The translations under genes and the position numbers were made by a program. Below, one piece after another: positions 30,024-39,775 of a stretch of DNA of 64,000 nucleotides; positions within the stretch are counted from its first letter, which is position 1; every line of letters starts with the position of its first letter. Source of the stretch: Marinobacter sp. (GTDB lineage Bacteria > Pseudomonadota > Gammaproteobacteria > Pseudomonadales > Oleiphilaceae); NCBI GenBank assembly GCA_018402255.1, contig JAGYIS010000005.1:286153-350152 (forward strand), in the 5' to 3' direction. Below the pieces are notes generated by a model. That model saw only the letters and a program-made list of their open reading frames with translations, had not been told where the DNA came from and made no database searches.

Positions 30024-31244
30024 ATGCAGCCTGATCGTCCCGAGGGCGATAGATTAACCGGTTTGAATGACAGACAGAATCCCCTGCGCAGAGCGTTAAC
30101 GGCAACCCTGGTGTATCTGGTGGCGGGCCTGATCTGGATCACGTTCTCTGACCGGATTGTTGAAGTCTGGTTTCCGGACCCTCGCACCCTGTCGACCGTA
30201 CAAACCTGGAAAGGCTTTGCCTTTGTGGTATTCACGGGCCTGGTGTTATTCATCGCTATTCTCCGACTGCTCAGCAAGGATCGCCTGTTACTGTCACTGC
30301 AGGTGAATCAACGCCGGGCCTTGCGGCAGCGAGAGCGACAGCTGACGGTGTTGATGGATAACCTGCCGGGCATGGCCTATCGCTGCCTGCACGATGACCA
30401 GTGGACCATGGTGTTTGTGTCTGGCGGTTGTGAGCGGCTGACGGGCTATACGCCTGACGAGCTGATCGATAACCGGCTCACAAGCTTTGCGGCGCTGATG
30501 GACGCGGACACCACAGAGCGGATCGCCGAAGAGGTCGACATTGCCGTGCGTAAGGGGCGGTCTTTTTCAATCGAGTACGCCATCACCCGAAAAGATGGCC
30601 GGCAGGTCTGGGTGTGGGAACGGGGTTGCGGTGTTGAGCAGGACGACGGCACCGCGTTCCTGGAAGGGGTCGTACTGGACATCACCGATCGCAAAGAACT
30701 TGAGAACGAACTGGAAGAGTTGGCTACTCGCGACCCATTAACCGGTTTGCTCAACCGCCGCGAGTTTTCCCGCGTGCTGGAAGAGGAGCTGGAACGAGCT
30801 CGGCGTTATGAGCGCCCCATGGCACTGGTGTGGATTGATTTTGACCACTTCAAGGAGGTTAACGACAGCTGGGGGCATGCCGCCGGTGATGCCGTCCTCT
30901 GCGCAGTCAGCCGAACCCTGGAGGACAGCGTGCGCAGTGTCGATGCGGTGGGTCGCTTTGGTGGCGAAGAGTTCGTCATCGTGCTGCCAGAGATGGACAT
31001 CGAGGGTGCCCGTGACATGGCCGAGCGTTTGCGCCAGCGGGTGAGCCGCAAACCGACCCTGCTGGAGTCCGGGCACTCGGTGCCGCTGACCATCAGTATC
31101 GGCGTGGCAGTGTTTCCAGTGCACGGCCACAACCTTGATACGCTGTGCGGTGCTGCCGATAAAGCGATGTATCAGGCCAAAATGCAGGGACGGGACTGTG
31201 TGGTTATGGCACAGCCGGTACAGCCAGTACATAATGAAGGCTGA
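30024..31244 (+). CDS. diguanylate cyclase with N-terminal TM segments and a PAS domain
   Basis: It has two TM helices, a PAS region (MDNLPGMAYRC...) and a GGDEF domain with RFGGEEFVIVLPE. The I-site-like RxxD is not checked. Confidence 0.9.
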   Translation: MQPDRPEGDRLTGLNDRQNPLRRALTATLVYLVAGLIWITFSDRIVEVWFPDPRTLSTVQTWKGFAFVVFTGLVLFIAILRLLSKDRLLLSLQVNQRRALRQRERQLTVLMDNLPGMAYRCLHDDQWTMVFVSGGCERLTGYTPDELIDNRLTSFAALMDADTTERIAEEVDIAVRKGRSFSIEYAITRKDGRQVWVWERGCGVEQDDGTAFLEGVVLDITDRKELENELEELATRDPLTGLLNRREFSRVLEEELERARRYERPMALVWIDFDHFKEVNDSWGHAAGDAVLCAVSRTLEDSVRSVDAVGRFGGEEFVIVLPEMDIEGARDMAERLRQRVSRKPTLLESGHSVPLTISIGVAVFPVHGHNLDTLCGAADKAMYQAKMQGRDCVVMAQPVQPVHNEG

Positions 31245-31317
31245 GGTTCGCCGGGCCTGACCGCTCGGATGATTGGCCCAGGGGGCCGGCCACCAACAAT
31301 GATAAAAGGCGTTCGTT

Positions 31318-32604
31318 ATGCATTCACTCGCCCGTCGTGCACTGCACACCTGTGAGGTCCCTGCGGATCTTGCTTCGGTCACCTTCCGCAACCATGAGAC
31401 GGAACACCCGGACCGGGTGGGTCTGTCCGAACATGCCATGGTATCGGTATGGCGCAGTGTTGAGGGCTTGTACCGCACTGGCGTGCATCCGGGTATTCAG
31501 CTGTCATTGCGCTACGGCGGTGAGCAGGTATTGCACCGGGCGATCGGTCATGCCAGTGGTAACGGTCCCGGAGACCCTTCGGCGCTGCCGAAAATCCCCA
31601 TGACCACAGACACGCCGATCTGCTACTTTTCGGCCTCCAAAGCCGTCACCGCCCTGTTGATGCATATGCTCGCAGAGCAGGGACTGGTCAATCTGATGGA
31701 CCCGGTGTCTTACTACTGCCCGGAATTCAGAAAGAACGGCAAGCGAACGATCACCGTGCATCAGATACTTTCGCACCGGGGCGGTATTCCCGCCATTCCG
31801 AGAGAAACGCCGATTGATGTGCTCTGGGAGCGTGATGAAATCTGGCGCCTGCTGTGTGCCGCCAGGCCCGTCGAAGTCGACGGCGCCAAAGTCGCCTACC
31901 ACGCCATCACTGGCGGATTTGTGTTGCAGCGGGTATTGGAGAAAGTCACCGGCGATACCATCGAAAACTACCTGGACCGCAACCTGCGGATTCCCATGGG
32001 CATGAAGTGGTTTACCTACGGGATTGCTGCGGAACATGTGCACGAACTGGCAAGCAATTACGCAACCGGTCCGACACCAGTGTTTCCTCTGTCCTGGATC
32101 GTCAATCGGGCGTTGGGTGGCGACATTGGTACAGTGGAAAAGGTGACCAACGATCCCCGCTTTCAGGAGGCGGTGATTCCGGCGGGCAATCTGTGTGGAA
32201 CTGCAGAGGAGATGGGGCGCTTTTTCCAGATGATGCTCAATGGTGGTGTCTGGAATGGTCGGCGCATCTGCAGCGAACTGACCGTGCGCCGCGCAATTCA
32301 GCAATTCGGATCGCTGCAGGTCGACCGCACGATGATGATTCCGATGCGATTCAGCGCCGGGATGATGCTGGGCGGCAATCCGGTCGGTTTGTGGGGCCAG
32401 CAGAGCCGCTATGCCTTTGGCCACGTTGGTCTGATCAATAAATTCTGCTGGGCGGATCCCGCACGAGACATTTCGGTCAGCTTGCTCAACACCGGTTTTC
32501 CAATAGTGGGGCATCACTTACCCGCACTGGCCAGATTTGTCTATACTGTGTGTCGGCAGTTCCCGGTATTACCGGAAAACAAGCGGCGGCTGATCGCGGC
32601 TTGA
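31318..32604 (+). CDS. serine hydrolase (beta-lactamase / EstA-like esterase family)
   Basis: The 428-aa protein has the SxxK nucleophile motif in YFSASKAVTALLMH. The overall family resemblance is recalled from memory. Confidence 0.75.
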   Translation: MHSLARRALHTCEVPADLASVTFRNHETEHPDRVGLSEHAMVSVWRSVEGLYRTGVHPGIQLSLRYGGEQVLHRAIGHASGNGPGDPSALPKIPMTTDTPICYFSASKAVTALLMHMLAEQGLVNLMDPVSYYCPEFRKNGKRTITVHQILSHRGGIPAIPRETPIDVLWERDEIWRLLCAARPVEVDGAKVAYHAITGGFVLQRVLEKVTGDTIENYLDRNLRIPMGMKWFTYGIAAEHVHELASNYATGPTPVFPLSWIVNRALGGDIGTVEKVTNDPRFQEAVIPAGNLCGTAEEMGRFFQMMLNGGVWNGRRICSELTVRRAIQQFGSLQVDRTMMIPMRFSAGMMLGGNPVGLWGQQSRYAFGHVGLINKFCWADPARDISVSLLNTGFPIVGHHLPALARFVYTVCRQFPVLPENKRRLIAA

Positions 32605-32764
32605 TGGTGGTACGGGTGGCCCGTTACTGGCTCAGGAGTGGTGTGGCGGGTTTTTTGACAGAAAACAATGAAACGTTGTTCATTTTAATTGCACTTTGTC
32701 AGACAGTTCTGCAAAATCGGACCTTAGAAATGGATTATTCGCCAAACTCAAAGGATGAGACGTC

Positions 32765-32989
32765 ATGGACAGACACGAACTTTCCCCCGACCTGCATCGC
32801 GTAAAGCTGGATCATCATGACAGTGTGAGAACCCACGTGCAGCAACAGGTGTGCGATGAGGTCCAGCAGCTTGAGCGCCGCATTGAAACCTTGCGACTGA
32901 CCAAAGCCCCCCATGCGGCCATCATGATTTCAACCTACGAGCGCATGATCAGCCGAAAGAAGGGCTTTTTGCAAAACTGGGATCTTTGA
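32765..32989 (+). CDS. hypothetical small protein
   Basis: The 74-aa ORF has an AAGGATGAG SD-like sequence just upstream of its ATG. No family is recognised. Confidence 0.4.
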   Translation: MDRHELSPDLHRVKLDHHDSVRTHVQQQVCDEVQQLERRIETLRLTKAPHAAIMISTYERMISRKKGFLQNWDL

Positions 32990-32991
32990 CG

Positions 32992-34044
32992 CTATTTGCG
33001 GGTTGATGCGGACGTGGCGCTCCAGAATGCCACTGCCATGTCCTCTGGCTGGTTTACGCAGTTGGCAGCGTTGACTTCATCGTTATCGGTTCGAGCTGGC
33101 TCGTCGTTGGAGGTGTAGATTCTCACCTCGTTCATGGCGTAATTCAGTTCAACCCGCAAGCAGTCCGGTGAGGTGTTACCCTCACCATACCGATCCAGGT
33201 CGATCACGGTTTGAGCGTCGTTCTTGATGAACAGGGTGTCTAGCTGGGCGTCGGTAACAAACTCCTGGCGCAGCTCAATGCCACCGTTATTGCGGCTGAC
33301 GTAGTCTGCGGTGGCGTATTCCGGCTGGTTGTAGCCGTTATCCGTAAACTGCAGGGCATCAAAGCGGGAGCCGGCCAATACACTCAGCAGTTCCGGCTGC
33401 TCCTCCCTGACATCCTCGGTTACGCTACGGGCCACATACTGGATGGTTCGATAAACCTTCTCCGTAAGGTCGCTGCCTTCTGGCCCTTCCGGCAGGTAAC
33501 GCCAATCCAGAGTCTGATAATTCCATTCGGTATCGTTCAGCGGCTGCTGGCTGATGGCCGCTGCCTGGTCGGTAAAGCGGATGCGGGCGCCGGCACTGCG
33601 GGTGTTGTAGTTGCCGGCCTGGCTAATGGCAATGCGGTCCCGAATGTAGCGCCTGCCTTCATCAAAATTATTGATCTGGCCGACACTGATGACCTGGTTC
33701 ATCAGGTCCAGAGGGTTACGAACACGGCTATATTCGTTGCCCGCTTCTGTTGGTTCCGCTCCGATAAACAGGTCGATGTGGCGCCTGATCTCTTCAACGG
33801 TGGCGAGATGTTCCGCATCGTCGGCATCGTTGTTGGCGGGCTGTATTCCCTTGTAGAAATCGTTGAACCGGGTATAGCCGAGTGCGTCTGGCGCCTGTTC
33901 GGTATTGCTCAGATCAAAACTCGAAAAGGTCAGATCAACATTGGTTGCCGGGTTGAACGCGGATGAGCCGGAGCTCTCCATCCGGCAGCCGCTGAGCGAC
34001 AGCAGTGTCAGAGAAACGGCGGCAAATAGGCAGGAATGTCTCAT
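32992..34044 (-). CDS. hypothetical lipoprotein
   Basis: ATG 34044 gives MRHSCLFAAVSLTLLSLSGC, a signal peptide plus lipobox. The 350-aa acidic protein matches no recognised family. Confidence 0.6.
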   Translation of the reverse strand: MRHSCLFAAVSLTLLSLSGCRMESSGSSAFNPATNVDLTFSSFDLSNTEQAPDALGYTRFNDFYKGIQPANNDADDAEHLATVEEIRRHIDLFIGAEPTEAGNEYSRVRNPLDLMNQVISVGQINNFDEGRRYIRDRIAISQAGNYNTRSAGARIRFTDQAAAISQQPLNDTEWNYQTLDWRYLPEGPEGSDLTEKVYRTIQYVARSVTEDVREEQPELLSVLAGSRFDALQFTDNGYNQPEYATADYVSRNNGGIELRQEFVTDAQLDTLFIKNDAQTVIDLDRYGEGNTSPDCLRVELNYAMNEVRIYTSNDEPARTDNDEVNAANCVNQPEDMAVAFWSATSASTRK

Positions 34045-34178
34045 TTCAGGTGGCCCCGGGGTGCGAAAACACAAGTGAACGGCTAAAGTGACGTGTGCTG
34101 ACAATAAACGATAAAGCACGCAGCTACCCGCGCGGAGATCACATTTTGCAGCAACGGTTTACTGAAACCCCGGCCCGA

Positions 34179-37100
34179 ATGGCATGGCTTGTTCTGGTGC
34201 TGGTTTTTGTTACCTTGCCGTCCCTGGCACTGGCGAAGACTGCCTGTGCCACCGGGGCTATCGTGCTGGACAACACCACAAGCAGTGTTCGCAATCTTGA
34301 TGGCTGTATCCGGTATCTTGAGGATGCCGATCATCAATGGTCGATTGACGACGTCATGGCCATGCCGGCAGATCAGCTCAATCTGCATGAGGGTGGCGTG
34401 CTGAATTTTGGGTATACCGAATCGGCTTACTGGACCCGCTTTGACCTGAGCACCGATACCATTAATACCGACACCAGCTGGATTCTGGAGCTGGCACTCC
34501 CGCTGGTGGACGACATTCGACTGTATCTGGTCCGCGACGGACGGCTGGTGGAGCAGCGCCAGGCCGGCTATCTGGACAACTGGGACGAGCGGGATCTGGC
34601 GGTGCCTAACCCGACCTTCCGGTTGCAGCTGCCGCCAGACACCAGCACGACGGTCTTTCTCCGGATTACCAACACCAACACGTTTCGGCTGCCGATCACC
34701 TTGTGGCATCCCGACAGTTACATTGAAAAGGTTTCGATAGACGAAGCCGTTCGCGGCTTGTTGCTGGGCGCGATTCTGGCGATTCTGGCCTACAACCTGT
34801 TTGTTGCCGTGTCGGTTCGCGAGCGCAGCAACATCTATTACGTACTCTATCTGGTCAGTGCCTCCATTTTTATTGCCACTGAGCAGGTGCACGGTGTCCA
34901 GTTGCTGGAAAATCGCCCGGCGATCCTTGATAAGGCCTATCTGCACTTCCAGATCATTCTGACCTGGTTTTTCGGGTTGCTGATGGCCCGGTCGTTGCTG
35001 GAAACCCGTGAGCGCTCCCCTGATCTGGACTATGTGATCCGGCTGTGTGTCTACTCGGTGGTGGCGACATTGGCGCTGTCGTTCTTCATGCCCTATGCCG
35101 TGGCCATGGAATGGATCGTTCTTGGTTCTATCCTGCTGAGCGTGATCCTGATCGTGGTCAGTTATTTGTCCTGGCAATACTACAATCCGGCGGCGCGGGC
35201 GTATTTCTTTGCCTGGACCCTGGCGTTGATCGGGTTTGGTATCTATGCGTTTACCGTGATGGGGTATTTGCCGCTGAATACCTTTACCTCCTACGCGCCC
35301 CAGTTTGGCCTGACCGCCCAGATTATCCTGTTCTCGTTTGCCCTCGCCGATCGCATCAAGCAGGTGCAGGGTGAGGCACTGGCGTGGAACCAGCGTGCCC
35401 TGGCCAACCTTCAGCGCTATCAGTCGTTGTTTGACAACGCCATCGAAGGGGTGTTCCAGATGTCGCCAGACCGGCGCTTTGTCACCGCCAACCCGGCGAT
35501 GGCAGAACTGCTGGGATACAGCAGCAACCGGCAACTGTTGCAGCACAGCCCGGACGTGCTGGATACCTGTATCGCCGACCCGCGACTGCGGCGCCTGGTG
35601 GTCCAGCAGCTGGAGGCCCGCGGCGTGGTGAAAGGTATTGAAGCCCGCTACCTTACCCGGCGCGGCGTCGAGCGCTGGGCAACCATTTCGCTGCATACCG
35701 TGTACGGTGATGACGGGTTACCGACGCACCTTGAAGGCACCTGTATCGACGCTACGGAAAGCCATCAGCGCCAGCGCATCGAGCGGGAGCGGGAGCAGGA
35801 GCGGCTGGAAAAAGAACTGGCGAAAAACTCGGCCCAGGCCAAAAGCCAGTTCCTGGCAAATATGAGCCACGAAATCCGGACACCCCTGGCGGCCATCATC
35901 GGTTACGGCGAAACCCTGCTGGATCCGGATCTGAATGAGCGGGAAAAACGCAGCAGTGCCGAGACGGTGGTCCGCAGCGGGCGACACCTGTTGGAGCTGG
36001 TAAACGATATTCTGGATCACTCCAAGATAGACGCCAACAAGCTGGACGTTGACGTTGTGTCGGTGCGCTTGCCAGAGCTGCTGGATGAAATTCGAGGGTT
36101 TTTTGAGCCTCGCGCCCGTGAGAAAGGCCTCGACTTCAGCGTTATCTGTGATTTTCCGCTACCCGAGCAGATCCAGACCGATCCCACCCGATTCCGTCAG
36201 ATCATCATCAACCTGTGTGGCAATGCCCTCAAATTCACCGAGAACGGCAGCATCTCGCTGACGCTGCGTTGTGATCGTGGCTCTGAAACCCTGTTTGCCC
36301 GGGTGGTGGATACCGGCATCGGCATCAAACCCGAGCAGCTGGAACGGCTGTTTGACCCTTTTGCCCAGGCCAGCTCTGCCATCTCACGGCAATACGGTGG
36401 CACCGGCCTTGGCTTGAGCATCTCGCGGCGGTTGGCGGAGTTGCTTGGGGGAGCATCCGGGTCACCAGCACCTACGGTGAAGGCAGTGAGTTTGAGGTGG
36501 CTATCCGGACCGGTCGTCTTGACGATGTGCATTTTCTGCGAGATGCCTCGGAATTCCACCAGCGCCGGCAAAGCATCCCGATGGTTATGGCACCCAGGCT
36601 CAAGGGCCGGATCCTGTGCGCAGAGGATAATGACGTGAATCGTCGACTGGTGTCCCTGCTGGTGGGGCGCACCGGCGCTGAACTGGTGCACGTCGGTAAT
36701 GGCGCCGAAGCGCTTGAAATGGCAAGCCGAGAAAGTTTCGACCTCATCCTGATGGATATCCAGATGCCGGTGATGAATGGTCGGGATGCCACCGCGGCGT
36801 TGCGTGAGGCCGGCGTTAACACTCCGATTATTGCCCTGACCGCCAATGTAATGACCGAAGACATAGCCGACTACCGGCTGGCCGGCTGCAACGAGCATCT
36901 GGCCAAGCCCATCGACAAACAGCGTTTTTATGAAGTGCTGGCCCGTTACCTGACCGTCTGTCAGGAGGCGAGCCAGGGCCATAGATACAGCGGCAAAGTG
37001 CTGATCGCCGAGGATAATGAAGACAACCGGTTGCTGGTCGAGCGCATGCTCAGGCGGTTCGGTGTTGAACCGGTTTCGGTGGCCAGTGGAGACCAGGCGG

Positions 37101-37682
37101 TGCGGCAGGCGCTGGCGGATACCGTGCATCTGGTGCTGATGGATCGGCACATGCCTGAGATGGACGGCGTGACGGCCACCCGATTATTGCGCCAGGCCGG
37201 ATTTCGTCGACCGATTATCGCCTTCACCGCCGGTGACCAATCTGAAAACGATGCCATGCTCGCGGCGGGCTGTGACGGTGTGCTTAATAAACCGATTGAT
37301 CAGAGCCATCTGCAAACCACGCTGGCACGTTACCTGACTGCCGATGCGGAAGCTGGCGAATCCGATGAGGGCATTGCCCATCTGGTCACCCGTTTTCTGG
37401 CGGGACTGAGCCAGCGCCGTGGCCGACTGCGCCATGGCCTGGGACGAGCAGAATATTGCGGTGCTGATATCAGAAAGTCATCAGATTAAAGGAACCGCCG
37501 GGGCTATGGGTTATCCGTTGATGACGCGCCAGGCGGCGGCACTTGAAGCCCGGCTTAAAGAGCAGCAACTGGACTGGCCGGCGATCGGAACAGAACTGAA
37601 TGCGCTGGAAGAAATGATCGATCGCGCTCTTCTCGGGGCGACGGACGAACGGAAAACGACATGGGAAAAGGCCAATGAGTAA
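34179..37682 (+). pseudogene. 7TMR-DISM hybrid sensor histidine kinase (DISMED2 - 7TM - PAS - HisKA - HATPase - REC - REC - Hpt), frame interrupted twice
   Basis: The periplasmic DISMED2-like region (GYTESAYWTRFDL) precedes seven TM helices, then the H-box SHEIRTPLAAI and the G-box GGTGLGLSISRRLAELLGG. The frame then shifts -1 at the G5 run 36447-36451 and continues SIRVTSTYGEGSEFEVAI. Two receivers (DLILMDIQMPVMNG, HLVLMDRHMPEMDG) follow. A +1 shift near 37415-37420 leads into the Hpt domain (SESHQIKGTAGAMGY). The total length is 3n. Confidence 0.85.
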
Positions 37683-38229
37683 CAATCGACAACAGCAGGA
37701 ACATTATTCGCTCAGTATGATGTATGGCACCTACGCCGACATTCTGTTTGTGCTTTTTCCGTTTCTGGTGATCGCCATGCAGCGGCTGTGGGATGGTAAT
37801 CTGTATCAGACCCTGATGCGCCCGGACCTCAGTATTGCGGCGGCGATACTGGCCGGGCTTGCCATCGGCAAGTTCGTGCTTGGTCTGGTCACCAATCGTG
37901 ATCTGGGGCGATACAAAGAGCGAATTGTCTTCTTTATAGCGCTAACACTGTTTGTGGTGCTGGGCCCGGCGATCATTCTGATTCTGAGCATGACCGGTAA
38001 CGCTGAGATTCCAGGATTTGTGGCTTTTGTGCAGCCCGTCTTGCTGATTATTGCTATCTCGCTGTATACCACGGCGGTGAGCATCGCCAATATCCTGGTG
38101 CGGTCTGGTAAAGGCGCGTCGAGCAAAGGCGAATCGGATAAAATGCATACGGAACGGACTGCTGAAAGTGATCGGTCCAGAGCTGCGCCTCTGGATTTGC
38201 CACGCAGAACCAGCAACGATACCTTCTGA
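37675..38229 (+). CDS. hypothetical 4-TM membrane protein, translationally coupled to the hybrid kinase
   Basis: ATG 37675 overlaps the kinase stop (ATGAGTAA). It has four hydrophobic helices and a charged C-terminal tail. Confidence 0.6.
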   Translation: MSNNRQQQEHYSLSMMYGTYADILFVLFPFLVIAMQRLWDGNLYQTLMRPDLSIAAAILAGLAIGKFVLGLVTNRDLGRYKERIVFFIALTLFVVLGPAIILILSMTGNAEIPGFVAFVQPVLLIIAISLYTTAVSIANILVRSGKGASSKGESDKMHTERTAESDRSRAAPLDLPRRTSNDTF

Positions 38230-38257
38230 GCGGGCAGTAAAAGACAGGAGAACAACG

Positions 38258-38671
38258 ATGACGGATCTGAGAGTACTGGTGGTTGAGGACGAACCCGTGA
38301 TGCGAGAGCGACTGGTGGCAATGCTCTATAAGGCAGGTGCAACCCGCGTGTCAGAATGTGGCGATGCGGCGTCTGCACGGGCGGCCTTTGAGGCCAGTGA
38401 GTATCAGATCATCCTGCTGGATCTGGGGTTGCCCGATGGTGACGGCCACGAACTGATGGCGCGTTTCAAGCAGGTTCGGGAGAATCAGCACATCGTTCTG
38501 GTGACGGCGGATGACTCCATCGAAAGTATTCAACGGGCGATCAGTGCCGGAGCCAATGGCTACGTGGTCAAGCCCTACTCCCAGGAAAAAATTCACGATG
38601 TTGTGAATAACTACGCCATGGTGCATGGGGGCGACATGGCGATGATAAAAACGCTGAACCGTCGCCATTGA
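38258..38671 (+). CDS. single-domain response regulator (CheY-like receiver)
   Basis: MTDLRVLVVEDEP..., IILLDLGLPDGDG and the conserved K in YVVKP. ATG 38258 is preceded by AGGAG at 38246-38250. Confidence 0.85.
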   Translation: MTDLRVLVVEDEPVMRERLVAMLYKAGATRVSECGDAASARAAFEASEYQIILLDLGLPDGDGHELMARFKQVRENQHIVLVTADDSIESIQRAISAGANGYVVKPYSQEKIHDVVNNYAMVHGGDMAMIKTLNRRH

Positions 38672-38696
38672 ACGGCCCAGCGTTTGCTGACACGGG

Positions 38697-38969
38697 TTAC
38701 GCCACCTGGCGGGCTATCCAGGAATTGTGGCAGGTTGCGAGGGCCCGCACGTAGCGCGCTTCGGACTCGCTCATGTTGACCAGTACGCCTTTGAAAATCC
38801 AGCCACGTTCATACAAGCCCAGCACCCGCGGTTCGTCGTCCAGGTTGACGCGCTGATTCAGTTTTTTGCAGATGGCATCCAGCAGCGGCAGCTTCTCAGG
38901 CCGTCTGATCGGGGCCTGACGGTTGTTGATTGGCTGATTGGCAGCTCGGGTAGTCGGATGTCTTCTCAT
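38697..38969 (-). CDS. hypothetical protein (90 aa)
   Basis: ATG 38969 is preceded by AAGGAGAAG. Third-position GC looks gene-like by eye. No family is recognised. Confidence 0.5.
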   Translation of the reverse strand: MRRHPTTRAANQPINNRQAPIRRPEKLPLLDAICKKLNQRVNLDDEPRVLGLYERGWIFKGVLVNMSESEARYVRALATCHNSWIARQVA

Positions 38970-38993
38970 GATCTTCTCCTTGTCGTTTTGCAG

Positions 38994-39038
38994 CTGCAAA
39001 AACAGAAAACCCCGGAGCCTGAGGCAACCGGGGTTCTG
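38994..39038 (-). terminator. intrinsic terminator-like hairpin on the minus strand
   Basis: On the minus strand the sequence reads CAGAACCCCGG-TTGCCTCAGGCT-CCGGGGTTTTCTG followed by TTTTTGC. The core is an 8-bp G/C-rich stem (39008-39015 with 39028-39035). Confidence 0.55.
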
Positions 39039-39370
39039 GCAGAGAAGCTGCCCCGGTCGCCGCAACGGCTCCCGGGACTGACCGAAAGCCGTTAGATGTC
39101 TTTCACCATGGCGCGCACGGACTGCCCTTTATGGCAACCAGCGGCTGAGGAAACGGTGTTGTTGGTAATCATCCGGGTCATATCGGCTCTTTGAGTTCGG
39201 TTCAATCATCAGTGTATAGGCTATTGGACGGTTTGCAATAGCCGGCGCTCTTCGGCAAACCCGTACAGACGCTACGGGTGGCTGGCGGCATAATTTCGGG
39301 GTCACGTGTTTTTACGTTGTGCAATCCGCGATATCTGATGTGTCAGGTATCGAATGGATCTCTCCTTTCT

Positions 39371-39397
39371 ACGCAGCCGATTGGCTGCGTTTTTTTT
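39371..39397 (+). terminator. canonical intrinsic terminator on the plus strand with no upstream plus-strand CDS
   Basis: ACGCAGCC-GATT-GGCTGCGT (a perfect 8-bp stem) followed by TTTTTTT. Confidence 0.7.
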
Positions 39398-39430
39398 GGC
39401 CATCATTAATGTAAACGCGCCAATCTCGGT

Positions 39431-39489
39431 TAGTTCGTAGCCACTAGTTCGTACAGCTTTTTGTGTTGGGTTTGGTGATAATTCGTACA
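39431..39489. repeat. three copies of a TTCGTA-core motif (candidate operator or iteron)
   Basis: TAGTTCGTA occurs at 39431-39439 and 39445-39453 (a 14-nt period). AATTCGTACA occurs at 39480-39489 and overlaps a GATAAT -10-like hexamer (39476-39481). Confidence 0.4.
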
Positions 39490-39538
39490 CTAACTTAGTG
39501 CTGTGAACCAACTGACCCAGAGGTTGAAACCGAAGAAA

Positions 39539-39775
39539 ATGTCCGACGAACCCGGATCTGCCCGTACCCAATTCCGTTCTGATTTTGTGGTTGAACTCGT
39601 GTTGATTGTTGCTGTGGTTGCCTATCTTGTGATGGCCCAGGGGCAAGCTGTCGGGGAAAGCTTGTCATTTACCGTGACGGGCGCGGGTCTGATGGCTCTG
39701 GCCACTTACTGGACGCTGCACACCGTCGGTGACGGCCTGCGAGTTATTGCACTGCGGCTTCGCCCTGGTAAATAA
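39539..39775 (+). CDS. hypothetical small membrane protein (two TM helices)
   Basis: The translation MSDEPGSARTQFRSDFVVELVLIVAVVAYLV...GAGLMALATYWTL has third-position GC lower than neighbouring genes by eye. Its 3' end overlaps the convergent exonuclease gene by 32 nt. Confidence 0.35.
   Translation: MSDEPGSARTQFRSDFVVELVLIVAVVAYLVMAQGQAVGESLSFTVTGAGLMALATYWTLHTVGDGLRVIALRLRPGK

Noticed and set aside
34083-35696. A 537-aa ORF on the minus strand, antisense to the hybrid histidine kinase.
   Set aside because: It lies entirely inside a gene with clear domain motifs on the other strand. The translation is Gln/Arg/Gly/His-rich and non-protein-like, as expected for shadow ORFs in GC-rich DNA.
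39302-39646. A 114-aa minus-strand ORF in the coding-poor island.
   Set aside because: It reads through the plus-strand intrinsic terminator hairpin and T-run. It has a His/Asn/Arg-rich composition and overlaps the more plausible two-TM ORF on the other strand.
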